Origin: Candidatus Delongbacteria bacterium
GTDB taxonomy: Bacteria; UBA4055
Reading direction: 5' to 3'
Assembly: GCA_003252515.1 (NCBI GenBank)
Contig: QKDR01000125.1
Span: forward strand, 30,272 to 94,271
DNA length: 64,000 bases
The translations under genes and the position numbers were made by a program. This document shows positions 18,252 to 28,045 of the stretch, in pieces. The notes below the pieces were generated by a model. The model did not search any database. It saw nothing but the letters and a program-made list of their open reading frames with translations, and was not told the DNA's origin. Position 1 is the first letter of the stretch, and every line of letters begins with the position of its first letter.

Positions 18252-20042
18252 TTATAAGACTGATTCAACAGATTCGATCTCACTTTCGACATCAACATCA
18301 AGATCGCCCGTCATGATCTTCATGAACAGGGTTCCCGGCCGTTTCAGGTTCTCAACTGTATCGAACTCCTTAACGACATTGTCGTCTATGACAAGAACTT
18401 TATCCGCATGAGATGCTGTTGCGAGCCTGTGAGTTACTATAATGCAGGTAGTATCCGGCAGGTTTTTCCTGAAATTATCCCAGAAAGTCTTCTCTGTTTT
18501 TGCGTCCATTGCGGCGGTGCAGTCGTCCATTAAAAGCAGTTTCGGTTTCCTTATCAGTGTTCTGGCGATAGAAACCCTTTGTTTCTGTCCGCCGGATAAT
18601 GAAAGCCCTTTCTGACCGAGCACTGTCTCAAGTCCCTTCGGGAAAGTCTTCATCTCCTCGTCCATGATGGCGGTTTCGATACTTCTGTTGATCTCTTCCT
18701 GAGTGAAAGAATCACCAAGCTCAAGGTTGCTTTTTATAGTCTCGGAGAAAAGCACGTTCTCCTGCTTGATATATCCGATGATCGATGCCAGCGACGCATG
18801 CTTAATTTTATTCAGAGGAACACCGTTCAGAAGGATATTCCCGCTTTCTGCTATAAGGTTACCTGCTAATATTTCCAGAAGTGTCGATTTCCCGCTTCCC
18901 AAAGGTCCGACAACGGCAAGGCTTTCACCCTTTTTAAGCTCGAACGAAACGTTGTGCAGAGTTTTCTTCTCGGAATCGTCGAACGTGAATGTAAGGTTCT
19001 CTACCTTCAGGTTTCCGAAGTTGTTCAGTTCTACCTGATCCTTTTCCTCTTCGGGATAGTCGAATTCCGATATCTCGGTCTCTTTGAGTCTGTCGACATA
19101 GCGGAAGACCTGCTTTGAGGACGCGTAGAACCAGCTTATGGTCCATATCGGTTCGACCAGCCTCTGCAGATAAATGATAAAAAGAAGAAGTGTGCCGAGA
19201 GTGATGCTTCCCTTGACCACATAGCTGCTTCCGATGAATATGACAATTATGATCCCCGCGTTGTTGACCAGCATCGAGAAGAACTGGATGACGAGGTTCA
19301 TTTTAAGGAAGTGTTTTTCCTTGTTTATTCTCACTCCGAGCACTTCGTCGAACTTCTCTGCCTGGTCGTTCTCGCTTAAGGTCGTTTTGATCACCCTAAT
19401 CCCTGAGAAGCATGATTCGAGTACGTTGTTGCACTCCGATATCGACTTCTGCTTCTCGTCGGTGAACCTGACCATCTTGTCCTCGTACCTGGAGAGGATC
19501 AGCACAAGAAAGGGAAGAGGGATGAAAGTGTAAAGTGTCAGAGGTACCGAATAATAGAACATCACGCTTAAAGTGAAAATGAGGATCATGATAGCTTCGA
19601 CCGGTCTCATTACACCCGAACACGAATACCATGAGATCCTGTCCCACGCACCGTCAATATCGTCTGTCAGCCTTGTGAGAAGGTCGCCTGTTCTGAATTT
19701 TTTGAAGAAATGCAGGTTCTTTTTAGTAAAGCTCTGAAAATAGCTGTTCCTTATCATCACCGTGAAAAGAAGGTTCATGAACGCCCTGAAGTTCGGAAGG
19801 ACTACTGAAATGAACTCGTGAAAGAACGCCGCCAGCAGGTATAAAAAGATCAGATGATAAAGGTTGTCCGGATCGTAATCTGTCTCAAAAAGGTCGATGA
19901 TGTATTTCAAGAATACAGGGAACGCGGTCTTCGCGAAAATAGATAACGCGCTGACGAACAGGACGGCGATCATTCTTCCCTTGGCGTGTTTCCAGAATCT
20001 CCAGAACCATCCGAAATATTCAACCATTCCTATCTTTTTCAT
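18252..20042 (-). CDS. ABC transporter permease/ATP-binding protein (exporter, one half of a heterodimer).
   Basis: An N-terminal 6-TM domain. Walker A GPLGSGKST, signature LSGGQKQR and Walker B LLLMDD. Confidence 0.85.
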   Translation of the reverse strand: MKKIGMVEYFGWFWRFWKHAKGRMIAVLFVSALSIFAKTAFPVFLKYIIDLFETDYDPDNLYHLIFLYLLAAFFHEFISVVLPNFRAFMNLLFTVMIRNSYFQSFTKKNLHFFKKFRTGDLLTRLTDDIDGAWDRISWYSCSGVMRPVEAIMILIFTLSVMFYYSVPLTLYTFIPLPFLVLILSRYEDKMVRFTDEKQKSISECNNVLESCFSGIRVIKTTLSENDQAEKFDEVLGVRINKEKHFLKMNLVIQFFSMLVNNAGIIIVIFIGSSYVVKGSITLGTLLLFIIYLQRLVEPIWTISWFYASSKQVFRYVDRLKETEISEFDYPEEEKDQVELNNFGNLKVENLTFTFDDSEKKTLHNVSFELKKGESLAVVGPLGSGKSTLLEILAGNLIAESGNILLNGVPLNKIKHASLASIIGYIKQENVLFSETIKSNLELGDSFTQEEINRSIETAIMDEEMKTFPKGLETVLGQKGLSLSGGQKQRVSIARTLIRKPKLLLMDDCTAAMDAKTEKTFWDNFRKNLPDTTCIIVTHRLATASHADKVLVIDDNVVKEFDTVENLKRPGTLFMKIMTGDLDVDVESEIESVESVL

Positions 20043-21808
20043 TTAGCGATACCTGTCTGAGTCCAGTAAAGATTAGCGTAAAGTCCCTTCATCGCCATAA
20101 GTTCGTCGTGACTGCCCTGCTCAACGAGTTCCCCCCTGTCGAGTACGATTATCTTGTCAGCTTCTTCTATAGTCGAAAGTCTATGGGCGATAATAATGGA
20201 TGTTCTTCCTTTGAGAAGCTTCTCCATGCTCCTCTGAATTTCTGCTTCCGTGTACGGATCGATCGAACTTGTAGCTTCGTCCATGATAAGTATCTGAGGA
20301 TCGAAAGTAAGCGCCCTCGAGAACGAAAGAAGCTGTCTTTCTCCGAATGAAAGGTTGCTGCCGTCCTCCGAAAGAACAGTGTTGAACCCTTTGGGGAAAC
20401 TGTCGATATAGCTGTAGATCCCCATTTTTCTAGACGCTTCCTTCACTTTTTCTTCCGGGATGTCCTTGCGGAGGACCCTCAGGTTGTCCAGCACGTCGCC
20501 GGGGAAAAGGAAGATGTCCTGTAGCACAAGGCTCATCATCGAGCGGAGCTCCGCGGTCGTGATATATTTAAGGTCGATGCCGTCAACAGTTATATTACCC
20601 TCGACCGGATCGTAGAATCTGGTAAGAAGTGAGATGATCGTGGTCTTGCCCGAACCCGTCGCTCCGACTATTGCGACAGTGCTGCCTTTGTCGATCGTAA
20701 AGCTGACGTTCTTCAGCACAGGCTTGTCGGCGTCGTAGTGAAAGCAGACATTGTTGAATGAGATTTTATCCTTAAACCCGTCGACTGTTTTCGGTACTTC
20801 AGGTTCTTTGACTTCAGGCTCGGTATCAAGGATCTCGAATATTTTATCCGCAGCTCCGAACGCTCTCTGAAGTTCCCTTATCTGCTCCGAGATCATTACC
20901 AGAGGCTGGATCGCAAGATGGATATACTGTATGAACATCCAGACCGTACCGATCGTGATCGCTTCCTCTTTGATCCATCCCACGCTGTTATAAAGGATCA
21001 GGAATATGACCACCTGCGGGCACAGCATCATCACGAACCACACGCTCTGTTCAAGGATCGATATCTTGAACTCGTACCATCTTTTCTCCTGATTCGCTTT
21101 ATCGAATTTGTCGATCGACCACTGCAGGTTGTTCAGGTTCCTCAGCAGAGGTATAGCTTTAATATGTTCGCCGAGGAAACCTATGATCTTCGCGTAAAGT
21201 TCCCTGTCCTTGCGAAACATCGGCCTCATTTTGCTGAAAACTATATAAGCTCCGAGAAGATAAACGGGGGCTATTGAAAGAACTATCAGCGTAAGTTTCA
21301 CGTTGTTGAAAAGCATGATGCTTACGGCAATGATTATATTCATGAATCCGGCTAGGAGCGACAGCCCTATGGACGAGAACAGCATGTACAGCTTCTGAGA
21401 ATCCGACTCTATCCTGCTGATGAGTCTGCCTGAGCCCTGTTTATCGAAGAAGGATATTGACAGAGTGAGAACGTGCCTGAAGATCACCCTCTTGATATTG
21501 TTTACGATATCAATGCCCATGTATCCGATCACAAGCTGTTCGAAATACTGGATCGCTCCCAGTCCGACAAGCAGCAGCAGATATGACGAAGCGATGATCA
21601 GGACTCTCTGAAGGTCTTTGGAAGGTATGGCATTATCGATCATCTCCCTGAAGACGAGCGGAAGTGCGGCGTTCATAGCGACGGCGGTAATTACCATAAG
21701 CACGGCGAATACGATCGCTTTAGTGTGTCCTTTAAAGAAGACCATTATCCTTTTTACCGATGCTCCGGTAATATTGACCTTCGGTATTTCCTCTCCGTCT
21801 CTTCTCAT
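20039..21808 (-). CDS. ABC transporter permease/ATP-binding protein (exporter, second half). Its stop overlaps the downstream gene start by 4 nt.
   Basis: Walker A GATGSGKTT, signature LSFGERQ and Walker B LIMDEATS. Confidence 0.85.
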   Translation of the reverse strand: MRRDGEEIPKVNITGASVKRIMVFFKGHTKAIVFAVLMVITAVAMNAALPLVFREMIDNAIPSKDLQRVLIIASSYLLLLVGLGAIQYFEQLVIGYMGIDIVNNIKRVIFRHVLTLSISFFDKQGSGRLISRIESDSQKLYMLFSSIGLSLLAGFMNIIIAVSIMLFNNVKLTLIVLSIAPVYLLGAYIVFSKMRPMFRKDRELYAKIIGFLGEHIKAIPLLRNLNNLQWSIDKFDKANQEKRWYEFKISILEQSVWFVMMLCPQVVIFLILYNSVGWIKEEAITIGTVWMFIQYIHLAIQPLVMISEQIRELQRAFGAADKIFEILDTEPEVKEPEVPKTVDGFKDKISFNNVCFHYDADKPVLKNVSFTIDKGSTVAIVGATGSGKTTIISLLTRFYDPVEGNITVDGIDLKYITTAELRSMMSLVLQDIFLFPGDVLDNLRVLRKDIPEEKVKEASRKMGIYSYIDSFPKGFNTVLSEDGSNLSFGERQLLSFSRALTFDPQILIMDEATSSIDPYTEAEIQRSMEKLLKGRTSIIIAHRLSTIEEADKIIVLDRGELVEQGSHDELMAMKGLYANLYWTQTGIAK

Positions 21809-21852
21809 ATCTAAATAAAAGGGCGGAAGAACCGCCCGTTAAAGTTCTTTAA

Positions 21853-22479
21853 TTAAAAGCTGAATTTTACTCCGGCTGAAATTCCGAGATCGTCAACACC
21901 AGGCGCGGCGAGATAATCATAAGATTCTTCCACGTCGTTATTATCATTGCCGTAATCTCTTTCATCATTAACGTTTATATATGAAAGTCCCAGTTTCTTA
22001 AACTGTACGAATGCCGTGAATTTCTCAGATATTTTCATATCGAGTCCGAACGTAATGAACTGACCCAGTCCGGTATAAGACGCTTCGGATTCAAAATTGT
22101 TTTCTTCATTGTCCTCATCCCTGCTGTATGAGTAGATCCCCAGTCCGAGTCCTGCGAAAGGTTCGAAAACACTGCCTGTTTTGTATGTGTATAAGAATCC
22201 TGCTTCCAGATTCGCTCCTCTTACTTTAACTGAATTTTCATAGTCATCATGCGTTGACGACGGATCATAATCGCCTTCCGAATCAAAGTTCGCTCCTCCG
22301 ATGCCGACTGAGAAATCAAAAGAGAATTTATCGTTCAGCGGTAGATAGAAATGTCCTGTTAAGTGTTTGGGAGAATAATCGTCGTATCCCGCGAAAGTTC
22401 CTGTTCCGACGCTAGCTCCGAATCTCTGGGCGAATATCATTCCTGATATTACAAGTAAGGCTATAATAGTTTTTTTCAT
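21853..22479 (-). CDS. Outer-membrane beta-barrel protein (porin/OmpA-N-like).
   Basis: A signal peptide, an alternating strand pattern and a C-terminal F. Confidence 0.55.
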   Translation of the reverse strand: MKKTIIALLVISGMIFAQRFGASVGTGTFAGYDDYSPKHLTGHFYLPLNDKFSFDFSVGIGGANFDSEGDYDPSSTHDDYENSVKVRGANLEAGFLYTYKTGSVFEPFAGLGLGIYSYSRDEDNEENNFESEASYTGLGQFITFGLDMKISEKFTAFVQFKKLGLSYINVNDERDYGNDNNDVEESYDYLAAPGVDDLGISAGVKFSF

Positions 22480-22491
22480 TTTGGATCTCCT

Positions 22492-24642
22492 TTATGCTCT
22501 GTCCTGTTTTACTTTCTCGATAAGTATCTCAAGTACTTTTATCGCCGAATCGGCAATTACAGTACCGGGCCCGAATATAGCCGACGCTCCTGCATTGTAG
22601 AGAAATTCATAGTCCTGCGAAGGAATTACTCCGCCTACGATTATCATTATATCCTCCCTTCCAAGTTTTTTCAGTTCTTCGATAACGTCCGGAACGAGAG
22701 TTTTATGACCTGCCGCCAGAGATGAAACTGCAAGTATGTGAACGTCGTTCTCTACAGCTTCCTTAGCCGATTCTTCAGGAGTCTGGAAAAGCGGTCCCAT
22801 ATCGACGTCAAAACCGAGGTCGGCAAAGCTGGTTGCTACCACTTTCGCTCCTCTGTCGTGTCCGTCCTGGCCCATCTTCGCTATCATTATTCTCGGCCTT
22901 CTGCCTTCTATCTGTTCGAACTGTCCTACAAGTTCTCTGGCTTTTTCGTATGTAGTATTTTCCTGTGCTACTCCCGAATATATTCCGGATATCATTTTTA
23001 CCACCGCTTTATGTCTTCCGAATATTTTTTCACACGCGTCGGATATTTCACCGAGGCTGGCTCTTGCTTTTGCCGCTTCAACGCTTAATTCGAGAAGGTT
23101 GCCTTTTCCTGTTCTCGCGCATTCCGTGATCGTTTCAAGCGCTTTCTGAACAGCAGCTTCGTCCCTTTCAGCTCTCAATTTCTCAAGTCTCTTTATCTGA
23201 GCGTCTCTTACGGCCGTATTGTCTACCTCGAGTACATCGATCGGATCCTGCTTGTCAAGTTTATACTTGTTCACACCGACTATGACTTCTTTCTGAGTGT
23301 CGATCTTGGCCTGCTTTCTCGCTGATGCCTCTTCTATCCTCATCTTCGGCAGTCCGCTTTCGATAGCTTTAGCCATTCCGCCCAGCTTCTCGACTTCTTC
23401 GATATGCGCCCATGCTTTTTTTACGAGTTCGTCCGTCATCTTCTCGACGAAATAAGAACCTCCCCACGGATCCACTGCTTTTGTGATGCCCGTTTCTTCC
23501 TGAAGGTATATCTGAGTGTTCCTTGCGATGCGGGCGGAGAAATCTGTCGGCAGGGCGATAGCCTCGTCAAGCGCGTTCGTGTGAAGCGACGAGGTATGAC
23601 CGAACGCCGCCGCGAGCGCTTCGGTGCAGGTCCTGACGACGTTGTTGAACGGGTCCTGCTCCGTTAAGCTCCAGCCGGAAGTCTGAGTATGCGTTTTCAG
23701 CTTCAGCGACTTGGGATTTTTCGGATTGAATTTGTTGACGATCTTAGCCCATATCAATCTTCCGGCGCGCATCTTGGCGATCTCCATGAAATGGTTCATT
23801 CCGGCGGCCCAGAAGAACGACAGCCTCGGCGCGAACGCATCGATGTTCAGTCCGGCGTCGACTCCTGCTTTCAGATATTCCCAGCCGTCCGCCAGAGTGT
23901 ATGCAAGCTCGATGTCCGCAGTCGCTCCTGCTTCCTGCATGTGATAGCCTGAAATGGAGATCGAGTTGAAGAGCGGCATGTTCTTTGAAGTATATTCGAA
24001 AATATCCGAAATTATTTTCATAGAAGGTTTCGGCGGATAAATGTATGTGTTCCTGACCATGAACTCCTTCAGAATGTCGTTCTGGATCGTCCCGGAAAGC
24101 TCGTCGAGCTTCGCGCCCTGCTCGAGCGCCGTGACGATATAGAAGGCCATGACGGGAAGGACGGCTCCGTTCATCGTCATTGATACCGACATCTTGTTTA
24201 AAGGTATCTGGTCGAAAAGTATCTTCATGTCGAGCACGGAATCAATGGCAACACCGGCCTTCCCGACATCCCCTTTCACCCTCGGGTGATCGGAGTCGTA
24301 GCCGCGGTGAGTGGCAAGGTCGAAAGCAACTGAAAGTCCCTTTTGGCCGGCCGCGAGGTTACGCCTGTAGAACGCGTTCGACTCTTCCGCTGTCGAGAAT
24401 CCGGCGTACTGCCTGATAGTCCACGGCTTTGTCGATCCCATAGTCGCGAAGGGTCCTCTCAGATAAGGAGTTACACCAGCGTCGTAATTTAGAAATTCAA
24501 GTTCTTCGGTCTCTTTTTTCGTATAGAACGGTTTAACGGGGATCAGCTCCTGCGATTCAAAAGCCGGACCGACCTCTTTACAGCCGGCTGCAGCGGTCTT
24601 TATTGAGTGATCGTGATCTATTGTAGAAAAATCAGGTTTCAT
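22492..24642 (-). CDS. mutB: Methylmalonyl-CoA mutase large (catalytic) subunit with a C-terminal B12-binding domain.
   Basis: The N-terminal catalytic barrel carries the motif [44 protein letters not shown]. The C-terminus has the B12-binding domain [16 protein letters not shown]. Confidence 0.9.
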   Translation of the reverse strand: MKPDFSTIDHDHSIKTAAAGCKEVGPAFESQELIPVKPFYTKKETEELEFLNYDAGVTPYLRGPFATMGSTKPWTIRQYAGFSTAEESNAFYRRNLAAGQKGLSVAFDLATHRGYDSDHPRVKGDVGKAGVAIDSVLDMKILFDQIPLNKMSVSMTMNGAVLPVMAFYIVTALEQGAKLDELSGTIQNDILKEFMVRNTYIYPPKPSMKIISDIFEYTSKNMPLFNSISISGYHMQEAGATADIELAYTLADGWEYLKAGVDAGLNIDAFAPRLSFFWAAGMNHFMEIAKMRAGRLIWAKIVNKFNPKNPKSLKLKTHTQTSGWSLTEQDPFNNVVRTCTEALAAAFGHTSSLHTNALDEAIALPTDFSARIARNTQIYLQEETGITKAVDPWGGSYFVEKMTDELVKKAWAHIEEVEKLGGMAKAIESGLPKMRIEEASARKQAKIDTQKEVIVGVNKYKLDKQDPIDVLEVDNTAVRDAQIKRLEKLRAERDEAAVQKALETITECARTGKGNLLELSVEAAKARASLGEISDACEKIFGRHKAVVKMISGIYSGVAQENTTYEKARELVGQFEQIEGRRPRIMIAKMGQDGHDRGAKVVATSFADLGFDVDMGPLFQTPEESAKEAVENDVHILAVSSLAAGHKTLVPDVIEELKKLGREDIMIIVGGVIPSQDYEFLYNAGASAIFGPGTVIADSAIKVLEILIEKVKQDRA

Positions 24643-24663
24643 TGTTTCACCTTTAATTAAATT

Positions 24664-26604
24664 TTACTCCGTAATTCTGAGTTTAGTCTGGATATTTCTG
24701 ATCGTCTCCAGCGAATCGGACTTAAGATGGATGAATTCGTCGACTCCAGCTTTTTTAAGGTCATCGACTATATCTTTCGGATATCCTGCCAGCACAATTA
24801 CTTTACCGGGATCAGAAGCTTTGATCTTTGCAGCTATTTCCGGGGCAACAACAGGATATTCATCATCACTTGAGCAGATCACGATGATCTCCGCACCCGA
24901 TTTCAGAGCTTCGGCAGCAGCCTCGTCAGAGTCTTTGAACCCGTTATTGTCGATTATGTCGAATCCGCCTGCCGCAAGATAACCCATCGAGAACGACGCT
25001 CTTGCTTTTCTCATCGTCAGATTCCCGATAGTGGCGAGGAATGCAGTCACTTTCTTACCGGATACTTCGCTGTATTTCTCGGTCGCCTTTCTCAGCTTTT
25101 CAAATTCTTCTGCAAGTCTATACTGTTTGACTTTCTCTATTTTGACTCCGCCGGTTTTATACAATTCACTACCGAACAGATCGAGTTTTTGTACGATATC
25201 GGATTTAGGTTCACCGCAAACAGACTTTTCGCTGTAGTTCGGTACGAAGTTAGTGCCGACCAGATTGTCTCTTCTCATTGAGAAATTCGACAGTCTCTTC
25301 TTTTTAAGTTCTGTCAGGTCTTTCTGAATTTCACCTTTTTTAAGAGCTTCGTAGATACCGCCTTCAGACTCAAGTCTTTTGAAAAGATTCCAGGCTTCTT
25401 TCGCGATCAGATCAGTAGCTTTTTCAATAAAGTACGAACCTTTGGCAGGATCTACAAATCTGTCGAAATGCGCTTCGTCCCTGAGGATAAGCTGAGTATT
25501 CCTTGCTATCCTCATCGCGAAAGTATCGGCTTCGCCGATGCAGACGTTATATGGAAGAACCGTCAGCGATCCGCATCCTCCGAGTACTGCGGACATCGCT
25601 TCTGTTGTTGTCCTGAGCATATTTACATACGGATCGAAAACCGTTTTATTGAAAAGCCCTGTAACCGCATGAATGTCCGGTGCGGAGTTTTTTTCGCCGT
25701 AAGCTGAAGCTATATTCGACCAGAGCATCCTGAGAGCTCTTATCCCGGCTATCTCAAGCAGATAATACTGACCTACGCCGTAAGAAAGTCTGATGTTCCT
25801 GTTAAAATCGCCAAAGCTCATTTCCGGTGCGATCCTCTCTTTATAGAACACCGCGGTCGAGAGCATGTACGCGATTTTCTGTACTATAGTCGCTCCTGCG
25901 TCGTGAAAATGAACTCCCGAAACTGCCATTCCTTTAAAATCAGGATATTTTGAGCATTTATCGAAAATGTGTTTTGCTTCTTCGAATCTTTTATCTTCGC
26001 CTTTCGCGAACTCGCCGTTCCAGGCAAGCTCTTTCAGCGGGTCGTTGTCTATAGAACCTTTGAGTCCGTTAAGATCAGATTCGATCATCCCGAATATCTC
26101 TTTCGAGGCCGTTCCTGCTTCTATGTTAACAGAGTTACCGGCAGCTTCGACGATGCCTTTCAATTCGCCTTCAGAGTTTATTACGACGCCTCTTTTATAT
26201 TCAGGTCTGCATGAAGTTCTTGTGCAGCATTCGGTTTTCCCTGAAGTAAGTTCGCAGCTCAGTTTCAGGTCTATACATTCCGCGCCGCCTTTTACGGCTT
26301 CTTCAGCCGCTTTCTTTGCTTCGACGGGATCTCTCTGCGATATTTCCTGACAGAGTGTCCATCCGTTCTCTTTTTCAAGAGGTTTTGCGCTTCTCAAGTA
26401 AGGAAATTCACCCGGATTGTCTTCCGGTATGACTATCCCTTCGATCTCTGATGCTTTGTAATAAGGCTCAAGGTCAAATCCCTCGTAAGTTTTCCACCAT
26501 ATCTTATCGTAGGTTCTGCCTTTGAGGTCCTTCAGCACCTCTTCCATCCACTTTTCCTTCCCCGTTCCAGCGGAGAACTCTTCGAAAAATCTTTCCAATT
26601 TCAA
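24664..26604 (-). CDS. mutA: Methylmalonyl-CoA mutase small (beta) subunit / MCM family protein.
   Basis: It shows MCM-family similarity throughout and has a C-terminal Rossmann-like domain lacking the DxHxxG B12 motif. It is adjacent to mutB. Confidence 0.75.
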   Translation of the reverse strand: MKLERFFEEFSAGTGKEKWMEEVLKDLKGRTYDKIWWKTYEGFDLEPYYKASEIEGIVIPEDNPGEFPYLRSAKPLEKENGWTLCQEISQRDPVEAKKAAEEAVKGGAECIDLKLSCELTSGKTECCTRTSCRPEYKRGVVINSEGELKGIVEAAGNSVNIEAGTASKEIFGMIESDLNGLKGSIDNDPLKELAWNGEFAKGEDKRFEEAKHIFDKCSKYPDFKGMAVSGVHFHDAGATIVQKIAYMLSTAVFYKERIAPEMSFGDFNRNIRLSYGVGQYYLLEIAGIRALRMLWSNIASAYGEKNSAPDIHAVTGLFNKTVFDPYVNMLRTTTEAMSAVLGGCGSLTVLPYNVCIGEADTFAMRIARNTQLILRDEAHFDRFVDPAKGSYFIEKATDLIAKEAWNLFKRLESEGGIYEALKKGEIQKDLTELKKKRLSNFSMRRDNLVGTNFVPNYSEKSVCGEPKSDIVQKLDLFGSELYKTGGVKIEKVKQYRLAEEFEKLRKATEKYSEVSGKKVTAFLATIGNLTMRKARASFSMGYLAAGGFDIIDNNGFKDSDEAAAEALKSGAEIIVICSSDDEYPVVAPEIAAKIKASDPGKVIVLAGYPKDIVDDLKKAGVDEFIHLKSDSLETIRNIQTKLRITE

Positions 26605-26708
26605 GCTCCCGATTAATTAGAAATCAATTATTTCTTTAAAAGGGTTGTAATATAAAGTAAGTTATAGTAAAAATAAACAGATAAAGTAACAAATATTCGG
26701 AGAAATAA

Positions 26709-27269
26709 TTACAAAGAAGTCAGATAATCGTCGTAGGATTCAAGCTCTTCAAGAGTGAGAAGATCGTTTATCAGGTCATCCTCGGACTGGAATATGTCTG
26801 TGTCGTCCGAAGTCCACTTATCTTCGTCGTAAAGTTCGGCATTATATGTAATAAGCTCGTCGTAGTCGGACCCGATCAGGTAATCGCTGCTGTACAGATT
26901 TGAAGTTCCGTTAAGATTTTCCGTCTGTACCGACGATACAGGTTTCGTCTCTGTCTCCAGCGTTGGATTGAACATGAAATAAGAAATCATTACCAGAAAA
27001 AAGAACGAAGCTGCTACGGCATAACGCATGAAATTCATATGGAATACCGGTTTTCCTGCAGGCAGTTTCGACAGAACGCTTTCATTCAGTCCGGAAGGAA
27101 CTTCATGGATATCTTCATTAATTAAAGCCAGGATACTTCTCTCCGATTTGAGATCGTTTCTGCAATCCGCACAATCCTTTATATGAGCTTCAAATTCGAT
27201 CCTGATGTTCCCGTCAAGTTCATCGGAAATATATTCCGGTATAATATTTTTGTAGTTTTCGCAGTTCAT
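26709..27269 (-). CDS. Anti-sigma factor (zf-HC2 zinc finger, single TM).
   Basis: Motifs CENYKN...H..DCADCRN, a central TM segment, and a position immediately downstream of the ECF sigma gene. Confidence 0.6.
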   Translation of the reverse strand: MNCENYKNIIPEYISDELDGNIRIEFEAHIKDCADCRNDLKSERSILALINEDIHEVPSGLNESVLSKLPAGKPVFHMNFMRYAVAASFFFLVMISYFMFNPTLETETKPVSSVQTENLNGTSNLYSSDYLIGSDYDELITYNAELYDEDKWTSDDTDIFQSEDDLINDLLTLEELESYDDYLTSL

Positions 27270-27284
27270 GATCCACCGCCTTTT

Positions 27285-27911
27285 TTAATTGATCCTGCTT
27301 TTAATTTTATCCACCGCGTACCTGTACCTGCTTAAGATGCTGTTGATCGAAACGTTTTTCATCTCGGCGATCTCCTTGAAGGTCAGTCCTTTCGAACGGA
27401 GGAGTATCACGTCTTTCTGCTCGTCCGGTAAGGTTTCAAGCGCTTTTTCAAGCCTTTCCCTGTCTTCCTGTTCCTCGTTCTCGGTCTCCGGATTTTCTTC
27501 TCCTGAAGAAATGTTGTCGATGAAGTCGGTTCCGTCCTCATCGGCTCTCACTACCGGCCTGAAGATGTTGTCATTATCCTTTTTCAGATCCCTCAGGTAG
27601 TCGAAACAGGTGTTGGTGGCTATGAAGAACAGGTAGTTGGAGAATTTATTTTCCTCACGGTAATTGTCCAGATTCGATGCGATCTTGAGCCAAACTGTCT
27701 GATAAACGTCCGCCGCGTTCTCCGTGCTTCCTATCCTTCTGACTATGTAATTGAACAGTTTGCGGTCGTAAAGCGACATTATGCGTGCGAAATACTTCTG
27801 GTCCCTGGTCTCGACATACTTTCTTACAAGCTCCCTGTCATTAAATTCCGCTATTGTTTTCACAATGCCCGCTTTTTTTCTTCCCGCCAATGATGTTAAC
27901 GAACCTTTCAC
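27285..27911 (-). CDS. ECF-type RNA polymerase sigma-70 factor.
   Basis: Region 2 (YVETRDQKYFARIM...FNYIVRRIG) and region 4 HTH (LTFKEIAEMKNVSINSILSRYRYA). It has an acidic linker insertion. Confidence 0.75.
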   Translation of the reverse strand: MKGSLTSLAGRKKAGIVKTIAEFNDRELVRKYVETRDQKYFARIMSLYDRKLFNYIVRRIGSTENAADVYQTVWLKIASNLDNYREENKFSNYLFFIATNTCFDYLRDLKKDNDNIFRPVVRADEDGTDFIDNISSGEENPETENEEQEDRERLEKALETLPDEQKDVILLRSKGLTFKEIAEMKNVSINSILSRYRYAVDKIKSRIN

Positions 27912-28045
27912 GGTTTTATTTTAATCTATCTAAAAATTATTGAAAAATAAAGAAATTTTATGATTAAATATTTTTTTGAAACCGGGAATTTAATACTTAT
28001 ATTAAGTATCGCTGATAATAAAATTTGAAATAACAGGAGCTTTCA

